Source of the DNA: an uncultured Candidatus Saccharibacteria bacterium
Lineage (GTDB): Bacteria > Patescibacteriota > Minisyncoccia > Phycocordibacterales > UBA2100
Direction: 5' to 3'
NCBI GenBank assembly: GCA_964512835.1
Contig: CAZELA010000002.1
Span: forward strand, 171,037-217,099
DNA: 46,063 nt
Part shown: one piece after another, positions 18,737-27,911 of the stretch
Layout: every line of letters starts with the position of its first letter
Numbering within the stretch: the first letter of the stretch is position 1
Made by a program: the position numbers and the translations under genes
The notes under the pieces: model-generated
The model's database searches: none
Told to the model about the DNA's origin: nothing
What the model saw: only the letters and a program-made list of their open reading frames with translations

Positions 18737-19636
18737 ATGACGGAGAGTAATTTGGGTGGTCTCCATTCGCATGATCGCGACAACGGCGCCGGTCTTCCGG
18801 ATTCGTTCTCGAGCGGGCGTCGCGGGCCGGGTAACGGCACCGACGATATCCTCGGCCAGATCTTCGAGTCGATCCTGAAGGGGCCGCCGCGCCTTGGCCA
18901 TCCGGCCAATCCGCGCAGGTCGGGCCTGTACAGTCTGTCTGACGATCTCGACGATGTCTTCGGCGACCGCCCGTTCGGCAGCCGGTCCGGCAATCCGCTG
19001 GATCTGCTCGGCGAGATCTTCGGCGACGACGACCTCGACGAACTGTTCGGCAAGGGCCAGGTCACCGTGACGGCGATCGGACCCGATGGTGCGCATGTGC
19101 TGCACCGCGGCGAAGCCTCGATCAGCGACATCCGTCGCTTGCAGGCCGGCGAAGATTCGCTCGGCCTCCGGCAGATGCTGCAGAACATGATCGACAATCC
19201 GCCGAGCCGCAACCAGCGCAAGCTGTCGCTGTTGTCGATGCTCGACGAGGGCATGCCGCTCACGATGAAGCTCTACTCGTACGCCGGCCACGCCGGCGCC
19301 GAGGTCGCGCGGTTCCTCCGGGATCCCGATGCGAACAAGGACTTCGCGTTCGTGCAGCACCTCGCCGGCGTCCTCGCGAAGGCGAAGACCGACGACAAGG
19401 AGGCCTTCGCCAACATCAAGAAGCGTCTCAAGGAGTACTCGATCGACCTCGACGGCCTGATCGCCAAGATCCAGGCGTTCGTCGACAAGCCGTCGGTGAA
19501 CACGGCCAAGTCGGTCCAGATGCGTCTGGCCACGGCGGCGCCGGTCGCGCTCGCGCTGCTCGACGACGTCTCCGACGATCTGAAGGAGACGCGTCAGAGC
19601 TTCGAGGAGAAGCTGCGGCGCACTGCCAAGATCTGA
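18737..19636 (+). CDS. hypothetical acidic protein with D-(L/I)-LG-x-IF repeats
   Basis: Plus frame has protein-like composition, whereas the 395-aa minus ORF is an R/L/V/D/E-rich shadow. GGAG lies 7 nt before ATG 18737; alternative start 18680. Confidence 0.6.
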   Translation: MTESNLGGLHSHDRDNGAGLPDSFSSGRRGPGNGTDDILGQIFESILKGPPRLGHPANPRRSGLYSLSDDLDDVFGDRPFGSRSGNPLDLLGEIFGDDDLDELFGKGQVTVTAIGPDGAHVLHRGEASISDIRRLQAGEDSLGLRQMLQNMIDNPPSRNQRKLSLLSMLDEGMPLTMKLYSYAGHAGAEVARFLRDPDANKDFAFVQHLAGVLAKAKTDDKEAFANIKKRLKEYSIDLDGLIAKIQAFVDKPSVNTAKSVQMRLATAAPVALALLDDVSDDLKETRQSFEEKLRRTAKI

Positions 19637-19663
19637 TCTTTGCCGCCTTTCAGCGGTTACCAC

Positions 19664-19697
19664 ACGGCGCGGGGTCATACCCGCGCCGTTGTCTTTT
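19664..19697 (+). terminator. rho-independent terminator
   Basis: ACGGCGCGGG-GTCATA-CCCGCGCCGT then TGTCTTTT. Confidence 0.8.
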
Positions 19698-19700
19698 GCC

Positions 19701-19729
19701 TTGAAAGTATCCGATTTTCACTGTATATT
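19701..19729 (+). promoter_or_regulatory. sigma70-like promoter upstream of typA (TTGAAA-17 nt-TATATT)
   Basis: TTGAAA 19701-19706, TATATT 19724-19729. Confidence 0.5.
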
Positions 19730-19801
19730 GCTCCTAACGGGTTGCCCCAGTCGGGGCCTTTCTTTTGTAAGGGGAGCCGGTTTATATCAATCTTTTTCAT
19801 T

Positions 19802-21577
19802 ATGGAGATCAGGAATATCGCGATCATCGCACACGTCGACCACGGCAAGACCACGCTCACCGATGCGCTTTTGGCGCAGGCGGGTGTCGGTGGCGCATCG
19901 ATGGACTCAAACGCGCTTGAACAGGAGCGCGGCATCACTATTTATTCCAAGAATGCCGCTATTCAGTACAAGGGCACGAAGATCAACATCGTTGACACAC
20001 CCGGTCACGCCGACTTCGGTTCCGAAGTGGAACGCGTACTCCGCTCGATCGACTCTGTATTGCTCATCGTCGACGCCCAGGAAGGCCCGATGCCGCAGAC
20101 GCGATTCGTACTCAAAAAGTCGCTCGAGCTCGGTCTTAAGCCGATCGTTGTCATCAACAAGATCGACAAGCCGGCGGCAGATGTGGCGCGCAGCGCAGAT
20201 CAGGTGCTGGAATTGTTCCTTGAGCTCGGTGCCAACGACGAACAGTCGGATTTCCCGGTGGTATACGCTATCGGTAAGCAGGGTATCGCAAAGCTCAAGA
20301 TGGAAGACGAGTCGTCTGACCTTTCTCCGCTTCTCGACACGATTTTGAAACACGTAAAGCCGGTGGATCCGTCGCTCGCTGCAAAGCCCGCGCGACTCCA
20401 GCCGTTCAATCTCGGCTACGACAACTTCCTTGGCCGACTTGCGATCGCGCGTGTGTACGAGGGAACCCTCAAGACCGGCGACACGGTGTATGTAAAAAAG
20501 CCGACCGGCGAAACACGCCCGGGCAAGATCACGAAGATGCACACCTTCAACGGTTTGCAGAAAGTCGAAGCAACCGAAGTGGCTGCAGGCGACATCGTGC
20601 TCATCGCAGGGCTCTCCGACATTTTCATCGGTGAGACCATCACCAATGATCAGAATGTGGAACCGCTTCCGGCGATCGCGATTGATGAACCGACGATCAC
20701 ACTCAACTTCCTCGTGAACAACTCACCGTTTGCAGGACGCGAAGGTAAGTTTGTAACGACCCGCCAGATCCGCGACCGACTCGAGCGCGAGCTCGAGATC
20801 AACGTCGGTCTGCGCGTGGACTTCTCGGGCGGTGACACGTTCAAGGTCTCCGGCCGTGGTGAACTCCATATCTCAATCTTGCTCGAAAACATGCGACGCG
20901 AAGGCTACGAAATGCAGGTCTCGCAGCCGCAGGTCATCGTTCGCGAAGAGAACGGACAGAAACTCGAACCGTTCGAGGAAGTGGTGATCGACACGCCGTC
21001 TACCTACCAGGGCGCGATCATCGAACGCCTCGGTACGCGAAAGTTCGTCATGAAGGACCTCAAAGTACACGGCGACTCTGTGCGACTTATATTTGAGGGC
21101 CCGACCCGAGGTCTCTTGGGTTACAAGAACCAGTTCGTGCTCGACACGAAGGGCGAGGGCATTCTTTCGTCGCGCGTCGTCGGCTTCCAGCCGTACGCAG
21201 GCGAGATCGTAAAGCGCCAGGTGGGATCGATGATCTCGATGGCGAGCGGCAAGTCGCTCGGCTTCTCGCTCTGGAATCTGCAGGATCGCGGCGTACTCTA
21301 CATCGGTCCGGCAACGGAAGTGTACGAGGGTCAGGTGATCGGCAACACATCTAAGGGCGAAGAAATGATGGTGAATCCGACCAAGGGCAAGCAGCTCACC
21401 AACATGCGCTCCAAGTCTGCCGACGAAGCACTCAACCTTGTGCCGCCGTTCATTCTGTCGATCGAACGAGCGCTCGAAGTTATGGCAGAAGACGAGTATC
21501 TCGAAATCACCCCGACTTCGGTCCGTTTGCGAAAGCAGTTCCTCACGGAAAACGATCGCATTAAGTCGCGACGATAG
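19802..21577 (+). CDS. typA: translational GTPase TypA/BipA
   Basis: [15 protein letters not shown] (G1), DTPGHADF (G3), NKID (G4); about 591 aa with EF-G-like domains. Confidence 0.95.
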   Translation: MEIRNIAIIAHVDHGKTTLTDALLAQAGVGGASMDSNALEQERGITIYSKNAAIQYKGTKINIVDTPGHADFGSEVERVLRSIDSVLLIVDAQEGPMPQTRFVLKKSLELGLKPIVVINKIDKPAADVARSADQVLELFLELGANDEQSDFPVVYAIGKQGIAKLKMEDESSDLSPLLDTILKHVKPVDPSLAAKPARLQPFNLGYDNFLGRLAIARVYEGTLKTGDTVYVKKPTGETRPGKITKMHTFNGLQKVEATEVAAGDIVLIAGLSDIFIGETITNDQNVEPLPAIAIDEPTITLNFLVNNSPFAGREGKFVTTRQIRDRLERELEINVGLRVDFSGGDTFKVSGRGELHISILLENMRREGYEMQVSQPQVIVREENGQKLEPFEEVVIDTPSTYQGAIIERLGTRKFVMKDLKVHGDSVRLIFEGPTRGLLGYKNQFVLDTKGEGILSSRVVGFQPYAGEIVKRQVGSMISMASGKSLGFSLWNLQDRGVLYIGPATEVYEGQVIGNTSKGEEMMVNPTKGKQLTNMRSKSADEALNLVPPFILSIERALEVMAEDEYLEITPTSVRLRKQFLTENDRIKSRR

Positions 21578-21601
21578 AACCGAACGATTCAACTCAAAAG
21601 C

Positions 21602-21633
21602 AAAAGGCTCCGAGATTCTCGGAGCCTTTTCTT
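21602..21633. terminator. bidirectional terminator between convergent genes
   Basis: AAAA-GGCTCCGAG-ATT-CTCGGAGCC-TTTTCTT. Confidence 0.8.
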
Positions 21634-21649
21634 GTTGTGCCGAAGGCGA

Positions 21650-22309
21650 TCAGAGCTTCGCAAGCTCGGGCAGGATCGCGATCTCGCGCCGGATGTTCGA
21701 TTTGGCGCGTTCGGTGTACAGGCCGCGGAAGTGTGGCGTGTAGTACAGCGACTCGCGATCGGCGAATCCGCCGAGGATCTCGCCGCGCTTTTGCACATAC
21801 ACGTCCTGCGGAACATGTGCGTATTCCTTGCGGATGCCGCGGGAATTCGCACACATCACGTTCCAGTCCGGCGTGCCGAGGCTCGCAAGGTCGATGTCGC
21901 ACATCAGTTGCTGATCGGGGTCGATCACGCCGCCGGCGTGGATCGTGGCCATGATGATGCCGGAGACGCGGGCAACGAAGTGCGGTGATTCACCGAACAA
22001 CAACATTTCGTTGGTCGCGAACCGCATGCTTTTTTCCTCGTTGTCGGCGCGTTTGGGATCGTAGATGACATCGTGCCACCAGATCGCCGCCTCGAGGGCG
22101 AACCGATGTCGCGAGAGACCCTGTACGGTGTCGAACACATCGAGGCAGAACTTGATGTGCTCGATGTTGTGATACCCGCGCTCGGGATCGCTGTAGAGCA
22201 GCCACAGCCGCTCGAACGCCGCATCGATGTCGGGTGTTCGCGGGGTGCCGCGGTCGTCCCACAGCTTCCGCCAACGTGCGAGCAGCTCGCTGCGCAGTGC
22301 CTTGGTCAT
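21650..22309 (-). CDS. HD-superfamily phosphohydrolase-like protein (COG4339-type)
   Basis: RGYHNIEHI and [11 protein letters not shown]...NEEKS motifs; SD GGAAGGA 8 nt before ATG at 22309. Confidence 0.72.
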   Translation of the reverse strand: MTKALRSELLARWRKLWDDRGTPRTPDIDAAFERLWLLYSDPERGYHNIEHIKFCLDVFDTVQGLSRHRFALEAAIWWHDVIYDPKRADNEEKSMRFATNEMLLFGESPHFVARVSGIIMATIHAGGVIDPDQQLMCDIDLASLGTPDWNVMCANSRGIRKEYAHVPQDVYVQKRGEILGGFADRESLYYTPHFRGLYTERAKSNIRREIAILPELAKL

Positions 22310-22382
22310 GGTCGGTTTCCTTCCGTTCCTTCTTACATATCGCTGGCAGCACAATGCTGCGCGCGGGCGCAGATGTCAAATT

Positions 22383-22391
22383 TGGTATACT
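22383..22391 (+). promoter_or_regulatory. extended -10 (TGgTATACT) 6 nt before the msrB ATG; leaderless candidate
   Basis: Read directly. Confidence 0.5.
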
Positions 22392-22397
22392 ACCGTT

Positions 22398-22790
22398 ATG
22401 AACAAACCAATGCCCGAGAACGAGGAGCAGATCAAGGAGATGCTAACGCCCGAGGAGTACGCGATCTTGCGCGAAAAGGGAACGGAGGCACCGTTTAGCA
22501 GCGAATTCGTGCACGAAAAGGCAGACGGCACCTACGGGTGCAAAGTGTGCGGAAATCCCTTGTTTGATTCGAGTGCCAAATTTGACTCCGGCACGGGTTG
22601 GCCGAGCTTTGATAAACCGATCGAGGGCTCGGTAATCACGCACAATGACTCGTCGCACGGCATGAACCGCACCGAGATCACATGCGCAAAATGCGGCTCA
22701 CACCTCGGCCACGTGTTTGATGACGGTCCAACCGAGACAGGGCAGCGATACTGTATCAACGGACTCTGCCTCGACCTCGAAGAGAAATAA
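22398..22790 (+). CDS. msrB: peptide-methionine (R)-S-oxide reductase
   Basis: [53 protein letters not shown] motifs. Confidence 0.95.
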   Translation: MNKPMPENEEQIKEMLTPEEYAILREKGTEAPFSSEFVHEKADGTYGCKVCGNPLFDSSAKFDSGTGWPSFDKPIEGSVITHNDSSHGMNRTEITCAKCGSHLGHVFDDGPTETGQRYCINGLCLDLEEK

Positions 22791-22802
22791 ATTTACCAAC
22801 AG

Positions 22803-22834
22803 AACGGCCGCTCATGGAGCGGCCGTTTGTATTT
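22803..22834. terminator. terminator hairpin between convergent genes
   Basis: AACGGCCGCTC-ATG-GAGCGGCCGTT then TGTATTT. Confidence 0.75.
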
Positions 22835-22848
22835 GGAGCAATCGGGTT

Positions 22849-23529
22849 TCAGAATCCGCCGGCGGTGCCGATGCAGTACGTGCTGCACGTGGCGTTACCC
22901 TTGGCAGCGGTTGAGCTGCGGTAGGTCTTTGCGGCGCACACCACAATGAATCCCGGCTTCTTGAACGAATTGAGTGCCGTGAACTTTGTGTCGTTTGTCA
23001 CGTCGCAGGCTTCGCCGTCGATGATCACGCGCTTCTTTGTGTTCCTCGATGACGGATTCGGATCTTCTTCAAACTTGGTGATCCTGCATTCGCCCGAGTG
23101 CACGCCGTTGCAGCATTTGCCCTTGCCGAACTTGGACTCGAGTTCCTCGATCACGCTGAATGCTTCGGGATCGTCGGGATCCTTGGCATGCAGATCGTCG
23201 TGTCCGTAGCCCCACCAGCTGAAACGCGTTTCCTTTTCGCGCGGGGGCTGCGGGATGACCTGCCCGTACATGTACGGCGTCGCGTCGGACCCGAACGGTG
23301 TGATCACCGGCTTTGGCGGGAACTGGCGGAAGTCCCACCCTCGCCAGAGGTTGTCGCCGAAGGGAACAAACGACTGCACGGGTACGGTGGGACGGGAGGC
23401 CGCAGCGACCTCGCTCATCAGTTTGTTGATCGCCGCCGCGCCTTCCGGCGTGACGGCGCAGATCTCCTGTCCGTAAACGGGAGACACGGCGCAGAGCATG
23501 ATCGCGATACACATCAGTCGCTTCAGCAT
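22849..23529 (-). CDS. secreted Cys-rich hypothetical protein
   Basis: Signal peptide MLKRLMCIAIMLCAVSPVYGQ; SD GGGGAG 6 nt upstream; no recognised family. Confidence 0.68.
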   Translation of the reverse strand: MLKRLMCIAIMLCAVSPVYGQEICAVTPEGAAAINKLMSEVAAASRPTVPVQSFVPFGDNLWRGWDFRQFPPKPVITPFGSDATPYMYGQVIPQPPREKETRFSWWGYGHDDLHAKDPDDPEAFSVIEELESKFGKGKCCNGVHSGECRITKFEEDPNPSSRNTKKRVIIDGEACDVTNDTKFTALNSFKKPGFIVVCAAKTYRSSTAAKGNATCSTYCIGTAGGF

Positions 23530-23658
23530 CGAACACTCCCCATTGGTTATCCGGCTTTTTGTACCCTATGCCCAACCGTTTGCGCAGTCAAATAGGGCGG
23601 GGCTGCGACGTTTGCCGATAGCTTGATGAGCTATTCATATATATGCATAATGCTGCCC

Positions 23659-26478
23659 ATGAAAGGCCCGCTCATCGCTATGAGCATCGCCGCAGCGCTC
23701 TGCGCTCCTTTGGTTGCGTCGGCGGCAGTGATTCTGGAGCAGCCCGACTTTTCACAGTTTGAGCAGATTGTGGGCGACACTCCGCAGTTTTTTAGCGGCG
23801 CATCGCAGCGAACGCCGTCGCTTGAGTCGCTGTTCACGGCGACGGGCACGGTCCGCCGTGCGACCGTGCGGTTCGACATGCTTGATTGGCCGACTGCGGA
23901 TCATCAGATGCAGGCGTATCTGTATGAATGTCCGCTCGCTCCGGACCCGAACCTTAGTCAGTGCCGACGAGTTGTGGCAAAAGACACGGCGCTCGGGTGG
24001 GAGGAAAGCGGCGTTATACACCCGGCTAACTGGGACCCGGAGGGCGGAGAATTTTCTATTGATTTTACGCACGCCACATCGTTTGGATTCCAGGGACCCG
24101 ATTACGAGGGCGGCGTGCCGCTCTATCCGAATCGGGGATACCGACTTGAAATCGTGTTTCAGCCGAACAGCTATACGTCCAAAATATTCGGCGCGTACAG
24201 CACGACGACCGGAGGCTTTAACCCGTTCTTCCGACTCGAAGGGGATGTGCCGACATCTACACCCGCAACCACAACCCCCGAATGCACCGTCGACTGCAAT
24301 TCAAATGTGATGTTCCTGCCGGGTATCGAAGGGAGTAAGTTGTTTGTTGCGGGCCTTCTCACTGAAAATTCGATCTGGTTACCCAATAGTTTTATAGGAT
24401 CTGATTTGCCAAATCTGGACCTCAATAACCCGGAAGCGGTGAATGTAGTATTCACAAAGCCGACTGAGATTATACGCACTGCATACCAGGTTTATGACGT
24501 TTACGCGGGTCTCGAAGGGAGAATGAACGATATTAAACAGCAGGGGAAAATTAATGACTGGGCTGCGGTCGCGTATGATTGGCGACTCGATCTGAATAAT
24601 CTTCTGGACTACGGGGCTCAAACGAGCGACGGCAATATTTACTACAGAGGCGCATTTTCAAGCACCTCTTCTCCATATATTGCCCAGGAACTGAGGGCGC
24701 TAGCTATAAGCTCTCGGACCAAAAGAGTAACGATCATTGCTCATTCGAATGGCGGGCTTTTAGCGAAGATGATTCTTTCACGCCCTGAACTTGCGCAATA
24801 TGTTGATCGAGTCATTTTTATAGACACACCGCACGATGGTACTCCGCAAGCAATCGGCGGTCTGCTCCACGGATTCAACATGGCGCTTCCAAAGGAATAT
24901 TTACCACTTTTTCTTTCCGATGCTGATGCGCGATACCTAGGGAAGACAACACCGATGTCCTACAATCTTTTGCCATCCTCGGCCTATTTTCAAAACTCGA
25001 ATCAGCCTGTTGTTTCATTTGACCCTGCGACCTTACCCGAATGGGTTCAAAAGTATGGTGCGACTATCTCAACTGAGGCGGGATTGCGTCAGTTCATGAC
25101 CGACGCAAGTCGCGAAACACCTGAATATTCCAACACAAGACTGCCCGCAATCACTCCGTCGTCTATGCATCAAAGCGCTGCAACTACGCACGCGCAGATC
25201 GACAACGTAAATATCCCGAATAACGTCGAGGTCATCTCGATCAGTGGGTGGGGTAAAAACACTCTGTCGAGTATTAAATATGAAAAGTTGCCCGCTATTA
25301 TCTGCGAAATAAGAGCCATCGACGGCAGTTGTGTTGCAGGCGCGATTCAGAATCAGATTACTTATGAGCCGCAACTGGTTCTCGATGGTGACGGAACAGT
25401 CGTCGCTACAAGTCAGCAATGGACGGGAGGTCCGAATACGCAGTACTGGATCAATTTGTATGACCTCAATGAAGCGGCTGGCTCAAATTACAGTCACGCG
25501 AATATCTTGGAAGTGCCTCAGGCACAAGATTTACTTAGCAGATTACTGACGGGCGCATCGACCAGTAGTTTGCCGGCGTATGTCAGTACCTCGAAACCGC
25601 AAATAGGCAATTCATTTGAGCGCTTACTTTTTATATTGCATTCACCGCTCACATTGGGGTTTTCGGATAATAATGGGCGTTTCTCGGGATCACGCCCCGC
25701 AGGCGTAGCTTTCGAGATTCCGGGTGTGGAATATAAGCGAGTTGGCGAGGTTCAATGGCTTTCGGTCCCGAAATCGATGGCCGGCAGGGTAGTTATGCAG
25801 GGAGTGGGTAGCGGGTCGTTCGCGCTCGATGTTATAGAGAAAACGGGAGATACTGTATTCGCGCGCACAACATTTGCTGCGATAGATTCAGCCACAACGA
25901 CGGTTGCGCAGTTCGGCGTAAAACCGACCGAACACCCGGCCGTACAGGGCACGCTGGTCGTTGATGTAAATGGTGATGGCAATCCGGAGAAAACTCTACG
26001 ATCTGTGAACGGGGCAATCGTTCTACCGGATTTTGACGCACCGGAAGTATCCATAACCATCAGTACTTCAACGAAAGATTTGGTTTTGCGCGGGCTTGAC
26101 TTGTCATCGACAACGGTTGCTAAAAGTGCGACGACTACGGTAATCACGGATTCGTCGGGTAATAAGACCACTGTGTTTTTTCAGAAGCAGTACAAGGGAA
26201 ATTTCTTGACCTATGCACGGATGACGGGAATTAATTACGGCACATCGACCGCCGCATTACCAACATCATTCTTGTACGTGTGGGACGGTAACGAGCCGAT
26301 AAGCCAGACCGTAGTCGTAGATAAGACATTTGTGGTGCAGGCGCTATACGATAAGAGAAACAAGAAAACGACCATTGTGGTCCTAAAAAGAGGTGTGCCA
26401 ATTCAAACCACGACGCTTACAGGGTTGCGGGTCATTAATCTTGAATCTAAAAAAGGTGCAGTTTATTACTCATGGTAA
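23659..26478 (+). CDS. large secreted alpha/beta-hydrolase (LCAT/PGAP1-like lipase/esterase domain) protein
   Basis: Signal peptide MKGPLIAMSIAAALCAPLVASA; FLPGIEGSKL and nucleophile elbow IIAHSNGG; long beta-rich C-terminus. The ORF opens earlier (23623) but a -10 abuts ATG 23659. Confidence 0.78.
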   Translation: MKGPLIAMSIAAALCAPLVASAAVILEQPDFSQFEQIVGDTPQFFSGASQRTPSLESLFTATGTVRRATVRFDMLDWPTADHQMQAYLYECPLAPDPNLSQCRRVVAKDTALGWEESGVIHPANWDPEGGEFSIDFTHATSFGFQGPDYEGGVPLYPNRGYRLEIVFQPNSYTSKIFGAYSTTTGGFNPFFRLEGDVPTSTPATTTPECTVDCNSNVMFLPGIEGSKLFVAGLLTENSIWLPNSFIGSDLPNLDLNNPEAVNVVFTKPTEIIRTAYQVYDVYAGLEGRMNDIKQQGKINDWAAVAYDWRLDLNNLLDYGAQTSDGNIYYRGAFSSTSSPYIAQELRALAISSRTKRVTIIAHSNGGLLAKMILSRPELAQYVDRVIFIDTPHDGTPQAIGGLLHGFNMALPKEYLPLFLSDADARYLGKTTPMSYNLLPSSAYFQNSNQPVVSFDPATLPEWVQKYGATISTEAGLRQFMTDASRETPEYSNTRLPAITPSSMHQSAATTHAQIDNVNIPNNVEVISISGWGKNTLSSIKYEKLPAIICEIRAIDGSCVAGAIQNQITYEPQLVLDGDGTVVATSQQWTGGPNTQYWINLYDLNEAAGSNYSHANILEVPQAQDLLSRLLTGASTSSLPAYVSTSKPQIGNSFERLLFILHSPLTLGFSDNNGRFSGSRPAGVAFEIPGVEYKRVGEVQWLSVPKSMAGRVVMQGVGSGSFALDVIEKTGDTVFARTTFAAIDSATTTVAQFGVKPTEHPAVQGTLVVDVNGDGNPEKTLRSVNGAIVLPDFDAPEVSITISTSTKDLVLRGLDLSSTTVAKSATTTVITDSSGNKTTVFFQKQYKGNFLTYARMTGINYGTSTAALPTSFLYVWDGNEPISQTVVVDKTFVVQALYDKRNKKTTIVVLKRGVPIQTTTLTGLRVINLESKKGAVYYSW

Positions 26479-26487
26479 TCTTAATGC

Positions 26488-26781
26488 ATGAACAGAATCG
26501 CTAACTTCAAAGTTGAGTTGTCGGTTGCATTGCTTACTCTTTTAGTGATGGTGACGTATCCAAGCGTTGTGTTGGGTAGAATCGTCGTTCCTGGTGAGTT
26601 TCTAATGACGTTTGGGCCAATTGCGATCATTAGCTTTTTGATATACATAGCCGCTCTGGTGGCTGGCTCAAAATTTGGTATTTCTTTCAAGACGCGTCAG
26701 TTTCTTTCTCTGGTAATAGGCTATTCATTTCTTGTGTATACGCTCGCAGTGCTATTTGTGAGTGGCGTGAATATTCAGTAA
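26488..26781 (+). CDS. small hypothetical membrane protein (3 TM)
   Basis: 97 aa with hydrophobic segments; no family recognised. Confidence 0.5.
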   Translation: MNRIANFKVELSVALLTLLVMVTYPSVVLGRIVVPGEFLMTFGPIAIISFLIYIAALVAGSKFGISFKTRQFLSLVIGYSFLVYTLAVLFVSGVNIQ

Positions 26782-26811
26782 TCAGAGGTCGCCCCCTGCC
26801 TGTTTTGTGTG

Positions 26812-26820
26812 TGGTACGCT
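26812..26820 (+). promoter_or_regulatory. extended -10 (TGgTACGCT) 6 nt before ATG 26827; leaderless candidate
   Basis: Read directly. Confidence 0.45.
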
Positions 26821-26826
26821 CGGGCA

Positions 26827-27288
26827 ATGAAGAAAACGCAGAAGGTGAACGGAAAAGAGTTTGATCCCGAATTCACGCCTGATCTCACACCCAAGGAAAT
26901 GCTGCATCTGGGCGTGTTCGGCGGGTCGTACTTCGAGGCTGACAAAAAAGAGTTTCCCGCCGATTGGTTCAAGGGCGCCAAGCTATCAGTGGACGGCACG
27001 TATCACAAAGAGCTCAACTTTTTCGGGGTAAAAGCTTCGCAATCGCTTGCCGAATGGCAGCGCAAAGGATGGATACATCCGGCCGATCCGCGCGGGTGGT
27101 TCCAATGGTATTGCCGCTACTACATGGGCAGACGAATGGAAGACGACGCGCGCCAGATCACGCGCTGGCGCAATATGACGCGTCACGTGTCGCAACTGAG
27201 GAACTCGTGCATGCCGGGGGACCTGACGTGTCAGCCGGTTCGCCGTCAGGCGCTGTTGCACTGGGCCTACGACAGTCGAAAACTGTAA
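26827..27288 (+). CDS. conserved-looking hypothetical protein (W/R-rich core)
   Basis: 153 aa; GWIHPADPRGWFQWYCRYYMGRR...QITRWRN segment; family not identified. Confidence 0.65.
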   Translation: MKKTQKVNGKEFDPEFTPDLTPKEMLHLGVFGGSYFEADKKEFPADWFKGAKLSVDGTYHKELNFFGVKASQSLAEWQRKGWIHPADPRGWFQWYCRYYMGRRMEDDARQITRWRNMTRHVSQLRNSCMPGDLTCQPVRRQALLHWAYDSRKL

Positions 27289-27363
27289 ATAATTTTGTAG
27301 CTTGCACCGGGCATACAGGATGGCTAGGATGCGGGTAGCACCTTCCAGTCAGGAGTTATTGCC

Positions 27364-27567
27364 ATGGGTGATCGTCGTGTGCGCCGCACTGTTTACACGG
27401 CACGGGGTCGGATGGAGCTTACCCGTGCCAGGTATACATTCAGCCGCGTGAGCATCATGCTCAACGAAAACGAGCCGCCCTACGAAGATCACCGACTCGA
27501 TTTTTATAACGCCGTGAACGCGCGCATTACCGCGCGTCGCGACCAGGAAGTTACGGTTGCACCGTAG
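27364..27567 (+). CDS. small hypothetical protein
   Basis: AGGAG 8 nt before the ATG; strong terminator directly downstream. Confidence 0.5.
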   Translation: MGDRRVRRTVYTARGRMELTRARYTFSRVSIMLNENEPPYEDHRLDFYNAVNARITARRDQEVTVAP

Positions 27568-27575
27568 AACAATGA

Positions 27576-27609
27576 TCGGCCTTCTGCATGCGCAGAAGGC
27601 CGATTTGCT
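27576..27609 (+). terminator. rho-independent terminator
   Basis: TCGGCCTTCTGC-ATGC-GCAGAAGGCCGA then TTTGCT. Confidence 0.8.
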
Positions 27610-27640
27610 ATGATGCGGGTACTAGCTAACGACACATATT

Positions 27641-27904
27641 ATGGACCTCAACAAAATACCGAAACAGTTCTGCGAAAACATCATGGTTGCGTTCTCGCAG
27701 GAATTCTTTGTGATGGGGATGCTTACGGGCGAAACGGGGGTAACCTATGCGCTCACGCCACAGCACATGAAGCGCCTCGCGCAGAACCTTGCGCACAACG
27801 TGGCTGATTACGAAAAGCAGTTCGGCCCGATACAGGCGGAATGGACACCGGGTATTCAGAGCCCCATCCAAACCAAGGACGTGCTCGGAAGCAACGATCA
27901 GTAA
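27641..27904 (+). CDS. DUF3467-like small protein
   Basis: 87 aa; the pattern (N..V.fs..EF..dfg......v..r..m.p.h.krL...L..n...YE..fG.I) resembles that family. Confidence 0.65.
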   Translation: MDLNKIPKQFCENIMVAFSQEFFVMGMLTGETGVTYALTPQHMKRLAQNLAHNVADYEKQFGPIQAEWTPGIQSPIQTKDVLGSNDQ

Positions 27905-27911
27905 CACGATC

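Noticed and set aside
18491-19678. 395-aa minus-strand ORF, the longest ORF in this interval
   Set aside because: Its composition (R/L/V/D/E-rich, with runs such as RERDRRRRG) is typical of the antisense shadow of a GC-rich gene. The plus frame has protein-like sequence, an SD and a downstream terminator.
20873-21592. 239-aa minus-strand ORF inside typA
   Set aside because: It is antisense to an unambiguous TypA/BipA gene.
24300-26790. Apparent GC drop inside the lipase gene, suggesting a chimeric origin
   Set aside because: Hand counts were inconsistent: 37%, 50%, 47% and 53% downstream, against 53% and 50% upstream. This is not strong enough to claim without a proper sliding-window analysis.
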